Position numbers and translations under genes: made by a program. Of a stretch of 64,000 bases of DNA, positions 13,089 through 26,300 are shown in pieces (position 1 is the first letter of the stretch; every line of letters begins with the position of its first letter). The stretch is taken from NCBI GenBank assembly GCA_038496445.1, contig JALMLS010000455.1, positions 940,825 through 1,004,824 on the forward strand, in the 5' to 3' direction. The notes under the pieces were generated by a model. The model made no database searches, was not told the origin of the DNA, and worked only from the letters and a program-made list of their open reading frames with translations. This DNA is from Trichosphaerium sp. ATCC 40318 (lineage: Eukaryota > Protista > Tubulinea).

Positions 13089-14867
13089 ACAAGGAGACAT
13101 GTAACGCATCATCGTGAATGCTGTACTCGCGTATTGTTTCTGGGTTGTACACCATCACGTTCATTAAATTCAAAGGTGTGCCAACTTGCATATTGTGATC
13201 ATAACTTATTACCTTTTTGTCATCTGAGAAATTTTTTTGTTTGTACATATTTATTCAATTTACAGATAGCACGTCATAGGCAACATGTGGCCTTACTTTC
13301 ATTTGATTTTTCAAGTTATTTTTCTCGTACATTGAGATATTTCGTAGTAAAGGATCATCGAATATGAATTTTTATCACGTGCTTTTGGAAGCCTGTTGAA
13401 ACTATCTTACTATCACAATTTTCGGGTTGCTATCCATAAAGAGACCACGTGGATAAGTAAAATTTATTCACATGACAATTTACATCAAGGGAGGTTCAAA
13501 GAAGATTGTTAGCGAAATGAAAGAGAAAGCCAGTCTTGGTGTTGTAGTTGGTAAGAAAAAGGGAAGGAAAAAGCGATGATTACAAGAAGATGATATTACG
13601 CACTACGGGATTCAAAACTGAAAGAACAAAGCAGTTGTGCAACTGTAACAAAAAAATAAAACGAAAAAAAATATTGTACCAAGCATGCTGTTGTTGCTGT
13701 TGTTTCTTAACAAATTTAGCGTGCCCACGCGACTATAGATCTTTAGCGTATTTATGATTAGCTAGCAAAGCAGGTATCTAACTGCAAGGAAATCTCAAGC
13801 TGAATTTGATCAGCCTGACATTATCTGAAACAAGGCTTAAGGCATTTGAATTCTCATTGTATCTATTGTGAGCGAACCAAAGTCTATTGAGGTCGTTAAT
13901 CTATGCAGTACGCGAACGGTTGCCAAAAGGTAAACTAGGTCGGAAAGCGCTAGTATATTCTATGGGTCACAACGAGTTGATGAGCCATGCTTACGAGTTT
14001 TTAACTGTGATCGCTTGGTGCAGAACCAGCTCGAAAGAGCTTATTAAGTATTGTGAATCTAAGAGGTACGCGTTGTGGCTCTTGCTAATGCATTAGAGTC
14101 CGCCAAAGAAAGGCAAACGCTATTTTGAACTAAAAGCGCGCCAAAAAGGTTACAATGGCACTACAGTTATACTACTATGTCTTATATTACATACAAGCCT
14201 GTTTGAGAGCTAAAGTCAACAGAAAATCGGTAACGGTACGATCACGTTTTTTTGAAACCGAAAAGGCAGGTAACAGGTTCAAACCGTCGCCAACGCTATG
14301 ATTCACTTCCGTTATAAAATCGAGGCACATTTTGAGCGACAAGAGCTTGAGAGAAGCCACAACGGAAAGATCAACCTTTTTTTGGATCAGAACAACACAA
14401 AAACACCTCACTTTACATTAATAACATACCGCCAGTAAATAAAGGTTGATTACGCAAATTCTCGGTTCTTATTTTTATTCATTGTCTTTCTATCCATTAT
14501 AAATATAGACTAGTATCAAAATACGCGTAGAAGACACCATATGGGAACGCAGAAACCACTGTAAGTTGCATTTAACTATTTTTTCGAATTTCACTTTTTT
14601 TCACATTTGTTTCTCAACAAGACACTCCCGATTTACTTCATAACTCCACATCTTAAAACCCAGCTTCGAAATCCGTTTATCTACTACCGATTGGACTTGA
14701 TATGCTTATATTACCGTGTACAACACACTGGACTGGTTTTTGAGAAAATCGTAGCAAACCACAATTTTTTTGCAACAAGAAATTACTTGGTTAAAAGAAA
14801 AATGTATTTTTTTATCTAGTGGAAGCATAAGAATACTACAACTATAATATCTATACTTCTGCTTGAC

Positions 14868-15137
14868 ATGTCAAGACTACTCCGAGCAGTGCGAAAGTAC
14901 GCTCGTAAAAAATACGATTCTCTACTGGGCAGACCATTAGTGATTAAAGTCACGGTCACAGTCCCTAAAAGCATCCTGGTTAATACCAGACCAAACTACA
15001 CCTACGCTCTGACTTGGGACCCACAGGTAGAAGACCTCTACTACCCACCTACAGGCGTATCAAATATCATAATGATATCCAGCTATGACATAGATCTAGC
15101 AAAAATGGCATTCGAAGGCGGAAGCCCAAGAATGTGA
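14868..15137 (+). other. Intronless 89-aa ORF immediately followed by an A-rich tail; possible retroposed fragment
   Basis: ATG...TGA ORF then ~70 nt of A/C-only sequence (15138-15206); no recognisable domain. Confidence 0.3.
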
Positions 15138-15329
15138 AAAACAAAAAACAAAAAAAAAAAAAACAAAAAAAAAACCAAAAAAAAACAAAAAAAAAAAACA
15201 AAAAAATTTTGCTAGAAAATCCTTTACAACACCAAGCGTGTGTTGCAACCTTTTTAAAATTGAAATATTCTTCAAATCCAGTTATCGCTTTCTCCACTTT
15301 TGCTTGGCAATGAAACAACCATCTGAACG

Positions 15330-15944
15330 GCTGTACATCGTCTCAACACATTAAAATATACCTAGATACCTCACTCACAGAGTCAGGGTTATTATCTCTT
15401 GTCAAACATCTTAAGTTTATTGAGATAGTAGATATGGACCAAATTACATATGTATACAGTCACTAGCTGGAATACCATATAAAACTACATGATAAAAAAG
15501 ATATAGATCATACGCTGGTTTGGATATCTGGAGTACACACTATATACATATCTAAAAACCAAATTACAGATGAAGACATTACAGCATTAGCTGGTGTACA
15601 TTCCATAAATTTATCTTGGTGTGACCTCATTACAGATGTTGGCATTTCAGCATTAGCTGGTGTACATACTATAGACATAAGTTATACGTCAGTAAAAGAT
15701 AAGGTATTTCAGCACTGGCTGATGTACACAGCATAAAGTTACATGAAACATCAGTCACTTAGGGCATTTCGGCACTGGTTGGTGTAAAGAGCATTCAACT
15801 TTGGGGTTGTAAGGAAATCACAGGGTCTTGTATGAAATACCTTGTTGGTGTGCACACTACTGATCTATCAAACACAAAAGCAACAGATGATTGGCTTGTT
15901 CCACTTAAAAGGTTGAAGTATTACATTGTTGGGTGTAAGGAAAT
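15330..15944 (+). pseudogene. Intronless leucine-rich-repeat (cysteine-containing/AMN1-like) pseudogene fragment
   Basis: Repeats ITDEDITALAGVHSINLSWCDL / ITDVGISALAGVHTIDIS / GISALVGVKSIQLWGCKEI / KYLVGVHTTDLS, broken by a frameshift (~15700) and stop codons. Confidence 0.75.
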
Positions 15945-16152
15945 TAAAGTATGTTATGTCCATAAAGTGGATTGCGTCTTGCTCAACTGCGGTACGAGAT
16001 TTTTTATTGTCCAGTCTTTTTTTTTGGTAATGCATGGGTTTGTTTGACCCTTGTTTGTTTAGGTCACCAAGGCCTTTGCCAAGGATGCGCAACAAAGCTT
16101 GATCAATGCCCTTGGTATAAGCTACCTGTAGAACGAAGGTATACAGGGTTTA
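15945..16152 (+). pseudogene. Duplicated, degraded 3' end of the TM-RING gene at 47085-48958
   Basis: Reverse complement of ~47085-47301 including its intron; final Cys codon changed (CPWC to CPWY) and a 7-nt deletion before KVYRV. Confidence 0.85.
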
Positions 16153-16364
16153 GAAATAGAACCGATTGTACAGAATTCAAAAAAAAATATTAATCTTCAA
16201 GCTAAAACGAAGACTTTGGTTTATTGAGAACAAAGGTGAACATTGTACTGTCCTGTTCTATCCCTGAAAAGTTAGTCGGTACTCAATGAAAGGGGTTCGT
16301 AGCATATAAAGTCTAGTGAAATCGCTATGATCTGTGATATGTTTGTAGTTAAACTTGGGCTTGC

Positions 16365-19300
16365 TTACAAGTCTAGTACATCTGCAGGATTATCTGTGAC
16401 TGAAACATTCTTGTATTTCTTTTTGAGGTACTTGACTTTTGCTTTGTTTCCTAGATTCAAAAGATGAGCGTATTTAACATCAAATACAATTGATTGTTGT
16501 ATTACACATACCACAAAACACAAGAATAGGTATTTTACTCCATTTCTTATTTTGCTTAATTATACTTTTCACCAAGTGCTCTGCTGCATTCTCATCTCCA
16601 TCACCTTTACGGTACCTATTTGTTATAATACGTAGCCTGTTGTTACAATATCCTTTAAACTTTTGAAGCCAATCCAAAACCTCTGAGGATGATGTCATTG
16701 GCAAAACCTTCCGAGTGTTAGTACCCTTCAACATATTCTATTTGGTTTATGTACCTCTGTTTTCTTTGGCCGAGCTTTTAATAGTGTTGCAATATTTTTG
16801 TTCTCATTGGATAAGTTATCATCAACCCATAAGATGAGACACTTTGCATCTCTGTACTTGATGTTGAGCTGTTTCAGATTGATAGTGTTTGTGCTTTGAT
16901 AATAAACAAGGTATCTCGGAAGAATCTGTTAAAAGGATAGTTAGAAGCAACTGCCAAAGGGTTATTAAGAAGAATATGAGGTTTGTACTTGTTTGTTGGA
17001 GAATACAACAATTTCATCAAAGTCTGGTTTTTCATGTTTTTTACAAGGATAGCAAACGCGAGCACTTCCTTGTTTTTTAACAATAGCATAGTGTGAATCA
17101 TATCCATCCTATTTTTACATTGTTAGCCTAATGGGTAATTTCAATGGATTACCTTGCATCCTTTCCCATACAGGCTGTTTGGATCACAAGGGTCAGGAAA
17201 CTCAGTAGCTGGATAAGGTTTTCCCATCATCACCCACGATATCAACATACAAGGAGTATCTGTCTTGTTCCACTCAGCATACACCTTTCCTACAACAACT
17301 CTATTGTTAACTCCGAACATGACTAATAGCAGGTACCGTAATTGGGGTATTGTGTAAAGTAGGTACCTTTCCCTTTGTTAAATTATTAGAGATAAGGTGT
17401 TGAAAGGTAAGGTTTTTAAATGTAGTACCAAAGAATCCTTTGTCTTTCTTGTCTTTTGACTTTGTTGGGTCTCTGAAGTTGTTTGTTGCAATTAAGAAAC
17501 TGGTATCCTATGCGTGCGTATAAGTAGCATACTTAATATGACGACAGTACCTGTGTTGTACCATGAAACCCACCAATGAGATTGATTTGCTCATTACCAG
17601 AAACACGAAGAGTGTAGTTTTTTAAATGGTTCATTGTCCGTTCTTGTGCTTCAATTATATTTTTATCAACTGCACTCAAACTGCTATCGCTAATATCTAA
17701 ATGATGGATTAATAAGAATTACTAGCAAATGTTCACAATCACTTACCTGAAGATTTAGATTGAAGTACTTTAGCAACGAGCTGTTCATATTTTTTTTGGA
17801 ATGCAGCTTCAAGTGTTTGATTGTCAAAGAATACAATCTTTTCAAGTTTAAAGAACGACTCACTCTCAGTACCCATAAACTTGTAGAACATATTGCGAGC
17901 TCTCAAGTACTCATCACAACGCTCCTTTTTAGATCAGTCAGCAAAGATGAAATACAAAGTCAGAAAAAGTGTTACACATACTTTGGTTGTTTCGTTGCTT
18001 GCGAGAGAAGTCCATCTCAAACCTGGATACTTTTTCTTGTTCTCTTTCCAATCACCTTGTTTTAAAAATCGTTCACCATGAAGACTGCTCCACAAGCTAT
18101 TGTGGCTTATTGTGAGTACAGGAAAGCCCTTTTTCAAGTGAGAGGCAGTGACAATATCTCCTATCAGATTGTTGTAAGTAAAGTTGACCTTCACATTGTG
18201 GTTACCTGTTTGTTCAAACTTATATGGAGTTTTTATAGCAACAACAACGTGACCGTTTTGAATACTTGCAGGGCATAGCTGAACTTGTTTACCTTCCAAT
18301 GGTGCTAAGTATGATCCAATACATTTCTAAACATAGATGAATACTTAACTATGATATTGCTATTGTACCTTCCATAACCACGGCACCTTGCCTCTGATCA
18401 CAATGTTTATGGCAAGGTTATTATAGTACAGCACAATTGTGTTACCATAAAAATCATTCAATACAATCAGATTTGAAAATAGGCGGAACTCTTTGTTGTG
18501 GAACTCTAGATAATTTTGTAAGCATAAATACAACATTATTTCGGTGCTTTCCTCTTAATCTTGTTTGCAAGTTATTAAACACATCTATTGACAATTCTGG
18601 AGAAGTAAATTGATAAGCCAAGAACTTTGAAACAGTTGATATGTGCTCATATTTGTCGGTAAGTGACTAAAGGTTGTTTAGCAACAATAACAATAAACAA
18701 GAAAGCAAAGAAAAAATTGAGAAAAAAAACCAAAAGAGAACACGTGACTAAACGTACTATTTTTTGAGTCTTTGAATTTTTCTTGATTGTTTCAATCGTC
18801 TTGGTCTCAAAACTATCATCTTTTTTAGGTATGAATGATAGTAACCTCCACTCTGTTGCCAACTTGCTCAAGTAAAACACTTCAGAAAATATGGATAATT
18901 CCTCATTTCTATTTTTAACTAGATTGATACTGGACTCCTTTTCTGTCACAGGTGGAAAGTACAACATATCAGCTTTTGGCAATAATGAAATTATGATGTA
19001 TCCATCTGAGCCGTACACTTTCTAACCACAATAAGTAAATAATGTACCAAAAAAAAAACATGTTACGAAGTGTTACCTTTTCTTCTTTTGTCAAGCGAAC
19101 ACAAAATGACAGTTCAACCAAGAATCTCATCACTTGCTTCACTTCAACCATTGTACACTTTTTGAATACTTTTGAGATGCGATAATGGGCCTCTGCATCT
19201 GTGAATACAGCACAGTGATTTCGAGAATTGTCATTCAATAGTCTGTTCAGGTGTTCTGTAGGAGCAACAAAGACACTCATAATACGAGATAGAATGGGAG

Positions 19301-21555
19301 GGTCTAAACACAACATGTACGATGACTAGAGGATAATTAAATCAAATTCAAGTGCATAGAAAAGGTTTTAGGTAAGCAGTACCTCATCAAACATAATGCT
19401 ACCAATAGAGTGAAGGTAATTTAACGAAGCAACCAACTCAATTGGAGCCATTTTACAAGTTTCAGGTAATAATTTGATGACTTGTTCACTATTTTCATGT
19501 TATTCATCAGTGTTTCTGTATGATACTTCAACGTACATTGATATGATGTTACCCTTCAATCTATCTTTTTTCACAACTGCTTTCTTTAATGCTTTTTGTA
19601 CTTTGTCATAAAGAGTTGGTACTTTTGGGTATTGTGACTTCATGTATTTTGCTTGATGCTTCAATTGCTTTTCAAGATCAGAGATACCTTTTGAAACAAC
19701 ATTAGGAGCCTTGCTTAGTTAAAATAAAACGAGTACCGTCTAAGCAAAACACAAGGTACACTGATGATTTCATCTGATTGAAGGAGTATAGTGCTTTTTT
19801 ATTGTCTTCTAGGTCTCCTGCATGAATATCCAACTTGGATCCATATACTATCACTGAGTAGAATGTTCCATCTTGTCCACGCAAAAACTTACTAAGGGTA
19901 TGAACCCAGTGCTTAAGGTGCTTCTTTTGTTCTACAATTGATAGCGATAAGTCGATCTAAAAATAAATATTGATAAGAAAAGGTTTGAACACGTGGTTTT
20001 AGGATCTTACAACAATGACGTAAATAGCAAGTTGTTTTGCGAAAAAATACTTGTGAAGTCCTTTGTATTCCATCTGTCCAGCAAAGTCTAAAACAGTGAA
20101 TGATAAATTACCATATCTAATATGTATGTCAGTATAACATCTAAATATATTATTATCAAACACACAATAGAGAAGAGGTATCAAAGCCAACTGTTGAATC
20201 AACACTGTCATCTTTTTCGCCTGACAACATCTTTACTAAAGTTGTCTTTCCTAATATTTACGTTAATGTAAAGAAACTCATATTGCTTGAGGATACCTGA
20301 TCCTCCATGACCCACAACCAACAATTTTGCTTTCAGTTGCTTCATGTATTCATATTCTGTGTGATCCATACCAGAAGCAATAGTTGATGGCTTTTTTTGA
20401 GGGGACAACATTTTGTAATATTCAGTTTGAAATTGTTTTTTTGTAATGTTGTTTATCTTTATTGGTATCACACGTGCCCCTGGAATCTCACGTGCTACAG
20501 TTGTAACTAAGGTATTAATGTGAGTGCACAGTTAAATATGAGAACACTATTGGTATGTACCTTGATGTAATGATATCTCAGGGTCATGTAAACAAAGATC
20601 ATAAACAAATACCACATCACAGGCACAATTGTTTTCATCTGTGTATTGTCTTATCCGTTTGACAACTCGAGTGAACATCTCTTTTGCAACGATCTCAAAA
20701 ATTAAAGATTTTTGATATGATATTTTGAAACTGTCATTTGGTAAAGTAAAAACCGTGGAAGCTACAAACCAGTCATTCAGCTTTTTGAAATACTTGTTAT
20801 CTTCTGAAAATACATGCACATCTTTAACGTCTGTGGATGTACTTTTGGCGCAAATTATTGGCATTTTGAAAAAGGCGTGTTGATTGGGTTCTCCAGAAAT
20901 CTTGGTATCTGCCGGATTAAGAAACTTATTGTGCAAAAAGTCACCAATGTATTTTACGCCATCTGCCGAATAATACTCTCCTTTTCCTGTTCTCTTGCCA
21001 TCCACAAAGTCACCGATGTATTTGGTACCATCTGGCCAATGATACTCTCCTTTTCCTGTTCTCTTGCCATCTACAAAGTCACCGATGTATTTTTCGCCAT
21101 TTGGTGAATAATACTCTCCTTTTCCTGTTATCTTGCCATCCGCAAAGTCACCGATGTATTTGGTACCATCTAGCCAATAATACTCCCCTTTTCCTGTTAT
21201 CTTGCCATCCACAAAGTCACCAATGTATTTGGTACCATCTAGGCAATAAAACTCTCCTTTTCCTGTTCTCTTGCCATCCACAAAGTCACCGATATATGTG
21301 GTACCATTTTCATAACCTATACGTATTTTTGGTAATCATCACATAAAACACTCTCTTACCACTAACATCGTTATCACAGTACCATGTCTGTTCGCCTTTA
21401 CCATGTCGGATACCATTTTTTAAAGTCCCTTTGTAAAAACAACCCTCATCCAGAACGAATATTTTACCTACATAAGGATTATTGATAACAACTTCAAAAA
21501 AAAAAAGCCGCTTACCAAAAACCAAAAGATCGCCACAAGCGGATTTAATTTCCAT
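16365..21555 (-). CDS. Roco-ART copy 2: MORN (6 YIGDF units plus 1 leading)-linker-Roc-COR-ART-pseudo-receiver, multi-exon
   Basis: Same exon structure as copy 3; LLVVGHGGSG/KTT, STVGFD, DFAGQ, GSKLD; FHGTT, GKGTYFTQY, DEIVVF; WVDDN; no lesion noticed. Confidence 0.88.
20925..21310 (-). repeat. 69-bp tandem MORN-coding repeats (6 units)
   Basis: Units of KYIGDFVDGKxTGKGExYxxxG, 23 aa each. Confidence 0.9.
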
Positions 21556-22439
21556 TGTTTACGATCAACCGCAAACGACACAAAAATCTACTGACTGTGC
21601 TTTGTAGTTCGCTAAAGAAAAACCATTACACAAATTTACGAAAAATTCACTAAAAATAAATGTGCACGTGAAAGTTTATGAAATAGAAAAAAGTCTTTTC
21701 CAATGATAGCCAAATAACTTGTACCTTGTAAAACAATGTAGTTAACACTTCTACGTATGTTAAAAGCGTCTAAGTTGGTTACGTGAGGATATACACCAAA
21801 AACCCTACAAAGCGTCAGGACAGAGTTTGTAATCGCCCGCTCTTAACAAGACGCGAAGGCGACAGAGTTCTAAAAAACTAAACCAGGCAAAACCCAAGAC
21901 GAAGATTAGCGTTTAAAATTTCAAGCGTAAACCCAAGAAACATTAGTGTTTAAAATTTGTGTACCTGAATAAGACTTCAAACCAATAGACCGTGTTTGCT
22001 ATTGTGTAATGACGTGATTTGTTTACTAATGTTGACGGTTCGAACAAAACGGTTTACGGTCCATCACTGTGCTAAATTAGTGAACCCACATAAAAGGGTT
22101 TATTTTGAAAGGATCGTTCGCGAGTTCGAAAATAGGTTTTCAGGTGAGTTTGAAATAAATTTAGTTTTTCTTTGCGTTTTGCGTAGGGAATAAGAGCTCA
22201 ATTGCTATCCCAGTGGAGTATTTGGTCACCAAAACGAGGGACTTAAATCAATAAAACACGCATTGTTCTTGTAACGCAGAACAATAAATTGTTTTGAAGG
22301 ATCAGAAGATTATAAACAGAATCAACTGCAATGACAAGTAGCAGGTAGTAATTTTCGACAAGCCTGTGTACAGGAAACTGCTTTCGGAATACCAAGTCAC
22401 CTTTCGCTGAAGTTTGCTCGGGTACTACTTTATTGTGTC

Positions 22440-22508
22440 GTGAATATCTTTAATCCTTGGCTCAGTAACGCTATAGTGGTAGCTTCAGTAATTTCTATAG
22501 ACATTTAG
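22440..22508 (-). pseudogene. Relic of the last exon of the Rho-like GTPase gene (37858-37925)
   Basis: Reverse complement reads atgtctatagaaattactgaagctaccactatagcgttactgagccaaggatt, matching gtgtctatagcgattactgaagctacaactgcagcgttactgagccaaggatt. Confidence 0.8.
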
Positions 22509-23375
22509 ACAATTTATAATTGTAGTTTTTTCCAACTTGTGCTCTAGGCCATCTGACATTCTCAAGGTTGACAAATATCTCAAAACTCAAATCAGTTATT
22601 TGAGTACTAGTAAATCTCAAACGTTGTCAAAGTGTTTTTAGACAAAGTATGCTAACGCTGATAAGGATAGCTAACGAACAATTAGGAATAGTATCTAGGG
22701 GGAGGTCAATCAAAGAATACAATAAACTAGCGTATATATTTTGCAAGAACAAAAGGATTGTAGAAACAGGCAATACCATCAAAGGGAATGATAGAACTGG
22801 CAAGATTAGGAGATAAACGTCAAACACAAGTGGAAAATTAAATAGTTTTTAACGAACGAGGAGGACGAAAAGAATTAAAGTTAAAGGAGAACCCAAGGAT
22901 ACGTCACGAAGAAAGGCCTTTGTACAGGACATACAAGGAGTCAAATAGAAGTGGAAAGCATAGCAAAGAGGGTCATCAAAATGTTCAGTGCAATTATACA
23001 ACAAAAAAAAGAGGATGGCATATACGTAAAATGCTTACATAAGATGGAAATGGTGATACATCTCACAGTCTCTCATTTGCAAGAAGCTTTAAAGTGCTAG
23101 ATAGAACATAAATAAACAATTCCACACAGACATCCCAACTACCCAGGTAGGAATGCGATTTAAGATGCTGTAGGAAAATGTCTGTGTATAAAAAATTGAC
23201 AGTAACAACGAATCCGATTTGCTGCTGTTGTCTAAATAGAGTATTCTGTATCCATCATCTTTCTAGAAGACATCGTAAATATCACGTGACTTGCTTCTCC
23301 TTAATTTTGATTTGAAAGTTTTCTGTGAAGCAGAACCTTTTAGTGTGACACTGTAGATCACTCAACGATCTTACA

Positions 23376-26300
23376 ATGAGTGTAAATCCATCATGTAACA
23401 AGCAACAGGTTTGGTACCAGGGAGAAAAACAAGTTGGTAATTTTAGCGGGGTTAGGGCAGTCTCTTATTTTCCGTTTTTTTGAAAACGCCTTATTTAGAC
23501 ATTACGAACATATTTGGTTTACAGTACAACGCATCTACAAGAATTCAGTCGCGGTGTATGGAAGATAGTGTCTTTAGTTCCTATATGGACAAGAGAGGGA
23601 AAAAAAGACGTTTAAACGTAAAACGCGCTTGCGAATTCTGTCGTCAGAAACACCTTAAATGTGATGGAGATGTGCCTTGTTCGCGATGTAAACAAAAAGG
23701 GTACAAGTGCAAGTACAAAAGGGCTAAAAAACGAGGACCAACTGCTGGTACGTGTATAGTGCTTTAGCTCATCGTTCATGCGTACATATTTCGTTTCGCT
23801 TACTACTCCGGTAAAAAAAAGGAGTAAAAGCAAAGCAAGACGCAGAATTCGCTCAATTGGGACAAAAAATAGCAGAGAAGGATCTTGAGGTAGCGTTTTG
23901 GCGTGAAAAATACGAAAAAGCATCGAAAGAGGTATCAGACTACGAATTAAGCGCCCTGAAACAACATAATACAACAAAAAGGGCACCTGTACGTATCATT
24001 CCCGTTTAATCAAATTTATGATCAGAAAAGCTTCTGACAGTAAGACATTATGTTGTACTTTATGGTTCTGGAAGAGGTTTGTTAATAACTCTTAATTTAC
24101 GCTAGAAAAACCGAAAACGAACCGAAAACTTTTTTACCGTCGTAGGGGCAAAACCGCCTTATTTACTCGTCTTAGACCAAATTATGGCATATTTCAACAC
24201 ATCTTGGTTTGAGTGCTGATATTTCTTCATGGCTTCAAGTCTACAACGCACTACTGTTCCCTTACTTTGTACGTCTTTCTTTTTTCTTCTTTTTTTTTCT
24301 TTTTTTTCTTTTTGTTCTTACGGCCATTGCCAGTTTGTTCTTACTTTTTTTTTTGATATAGGCAGTTCCAACTCAACACTGGAATAGTAATAATATTGTC
24401 AAGACTTTCAATACAGCCTCAAGTACGTTGATGTCATCCAAAAGTTATTGCTTCTTAAATTCATATGAAAACAGCCTTGTCGTTTGATGCAACTGTCGTG
24501 GAGCTCCTGGGTATTCTTGCATTAGCAGCGCGGATATTGGGGTATACAAAAGAGGCGGAACGACTTTCAGAGATGGGAAGACTAGTATACACAAACTTAT
24601 CAAGCACAAAGCATCCGAGTCTTGCAGGTACATATCTTAAGTATTTTTGTAGAATTACAGCCGGACCCACGTTTTTTCCGAATTTTTCGAAAGAAAAAAT
24701 TCGAAAAAATAGAATTCGATACAAAAACCGTACCCACCAATGGATCACTATATGTGAGCGAAGGTCGGGTTCTAGTTCCGAGCACAGCGAGGACCCGACC
24801 GTAAGTGAACCAGGCGCTTTCTAGTTTAGTGGACTGCCCTAGCTATGCATCTTTCTACGAATTCTATTTTTTCGAATTTTTGTTTTCGGAAAATTCGTAA
24901 AAAACTATGGCCCCATTACAGCTTCTGAGTTTTGATGTACCTGACGTTTTCTTGTAGCTGGACTTATTTTACTGAGTGACTATGCTATGTTTAGTGGAGA
25001 TTACGCAAATGCAATAACATACCGACAAAAAGGAGCACGTGCGTGTTATATAAGTCAAACAATAATTTAGGAGATTTCTGACTATTCCTAAAAGAGATGA
25101 TTCATGAAGTTTGTCAGAATACGTTGTACAGCCACTATAGCTCTACTCATCCTCTTGGATATTTGTGTACTGTAGGAAGAAGAGTTCAAATGTATACACC
25201 TATGTTCATGCAAAACAGGTCAGTAGTAATTACAACGTACTCTCAAGTTGTTTTTCTAACCTTGATTAAACAGAGCAAAAGAACTCCAGAATGTTAACGC
25301 TGTGTATCAACAAGTAGGTTACTTGATTGAAACGCCCGTTGGACTATCAATACCGGTTGGCATGCAAGTAATGTGGACACATCTTGGAAGGGTAAAAAAC
25401 AGCAAACAACAAGACTTTATTGTACTGAAGACTATATTAATAATTTTTAGGTATGGATGATGATATCAACTTCGTTTTATGGTAGAAAGCCTGGGTTCAA
25501 GTTGTTACCAATAGTAAGTTTATTCTAAAAACAAAGAGAACGAAGACTCAACAGCTACTTTTATTTGTCTTTTTTTTTTTCCACTTTCGCTTTACCCTTT
25601 TGTATTGATGATTTTGAATTTTTTCGAAGCTCAGTATTGCTATACAATATCACTGTTATACTTTAGACCATATGATGAATTAATATGTATTTTGTTCGTA
25701 GACTGAAGATCATTTTGCTGAATATTTACATTTGATGACACGTGTGAGAGATTTTAAAGATATTGTGCTCAAAGGAGCTCATATAAATATTATTATAAAT
25801 TGGGATATAGCAATAGAGTTTACAAAGAGTATTATATACTTTGCAGGAGGACACCCAGAGCAGGCCTTAAAGGTACAGTCAAAAAGATCCACAAAAAAAA
25901 ATAACAAACGTCGTTTTGGTCCTTTGCAGATAATACACATCTCTAAAACATTTATAAAATACTAAACTATGTATACATACACTGTGTTTTTGTAGTACTT
26001 TTCTGAAATTGCGTATTATCCTTGTTTGTGTATTGGCTTAGACTAACTTTTTTTTTTTTGAACAATAGAGAGCTAGATCTGTGTTTTCTCGGTTAACAAA
26101 AGACCCTATGATACAGGATAAAAGCCCATTGAATATGTGTATGGCATATGATATGTGTAGCATATCTATTTATACAGGAGATTCTGCATTATTTATAGAG
26201 GTACCACAAAGCCATTTCTGGTTTTTTTCCTAATCAGCTTCTTTTTTTGTAGATTTTCACGTTTTTATTCAAACACTACAAAGAAATGAGTGTCCCTTAT

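Noticed and set aside
13450-14450. Short broken ORFs, possibly a decayed gene or transposon
   Set aside because: No recognisable motif, multiple stops, no termini.
15945-22508. Roco-ART unit as a transposon
   Set aside because: No TIRs, TSDs or transposase; breakpoints differ among copies and include neighbouring gene fragments, which fits segmental duplication.
22620-23080. Purine-rich stretch suggestive of a retroelement relic (similar texture at 37970-38200 and 28300-28500)
   Set aside because: No RT, endonuclease or RNase H motif could be read.
24465-24824. ORFs running through the MITE
   Set aside because: Read-through from a TF exon into intronic element sequence; no transposase features.
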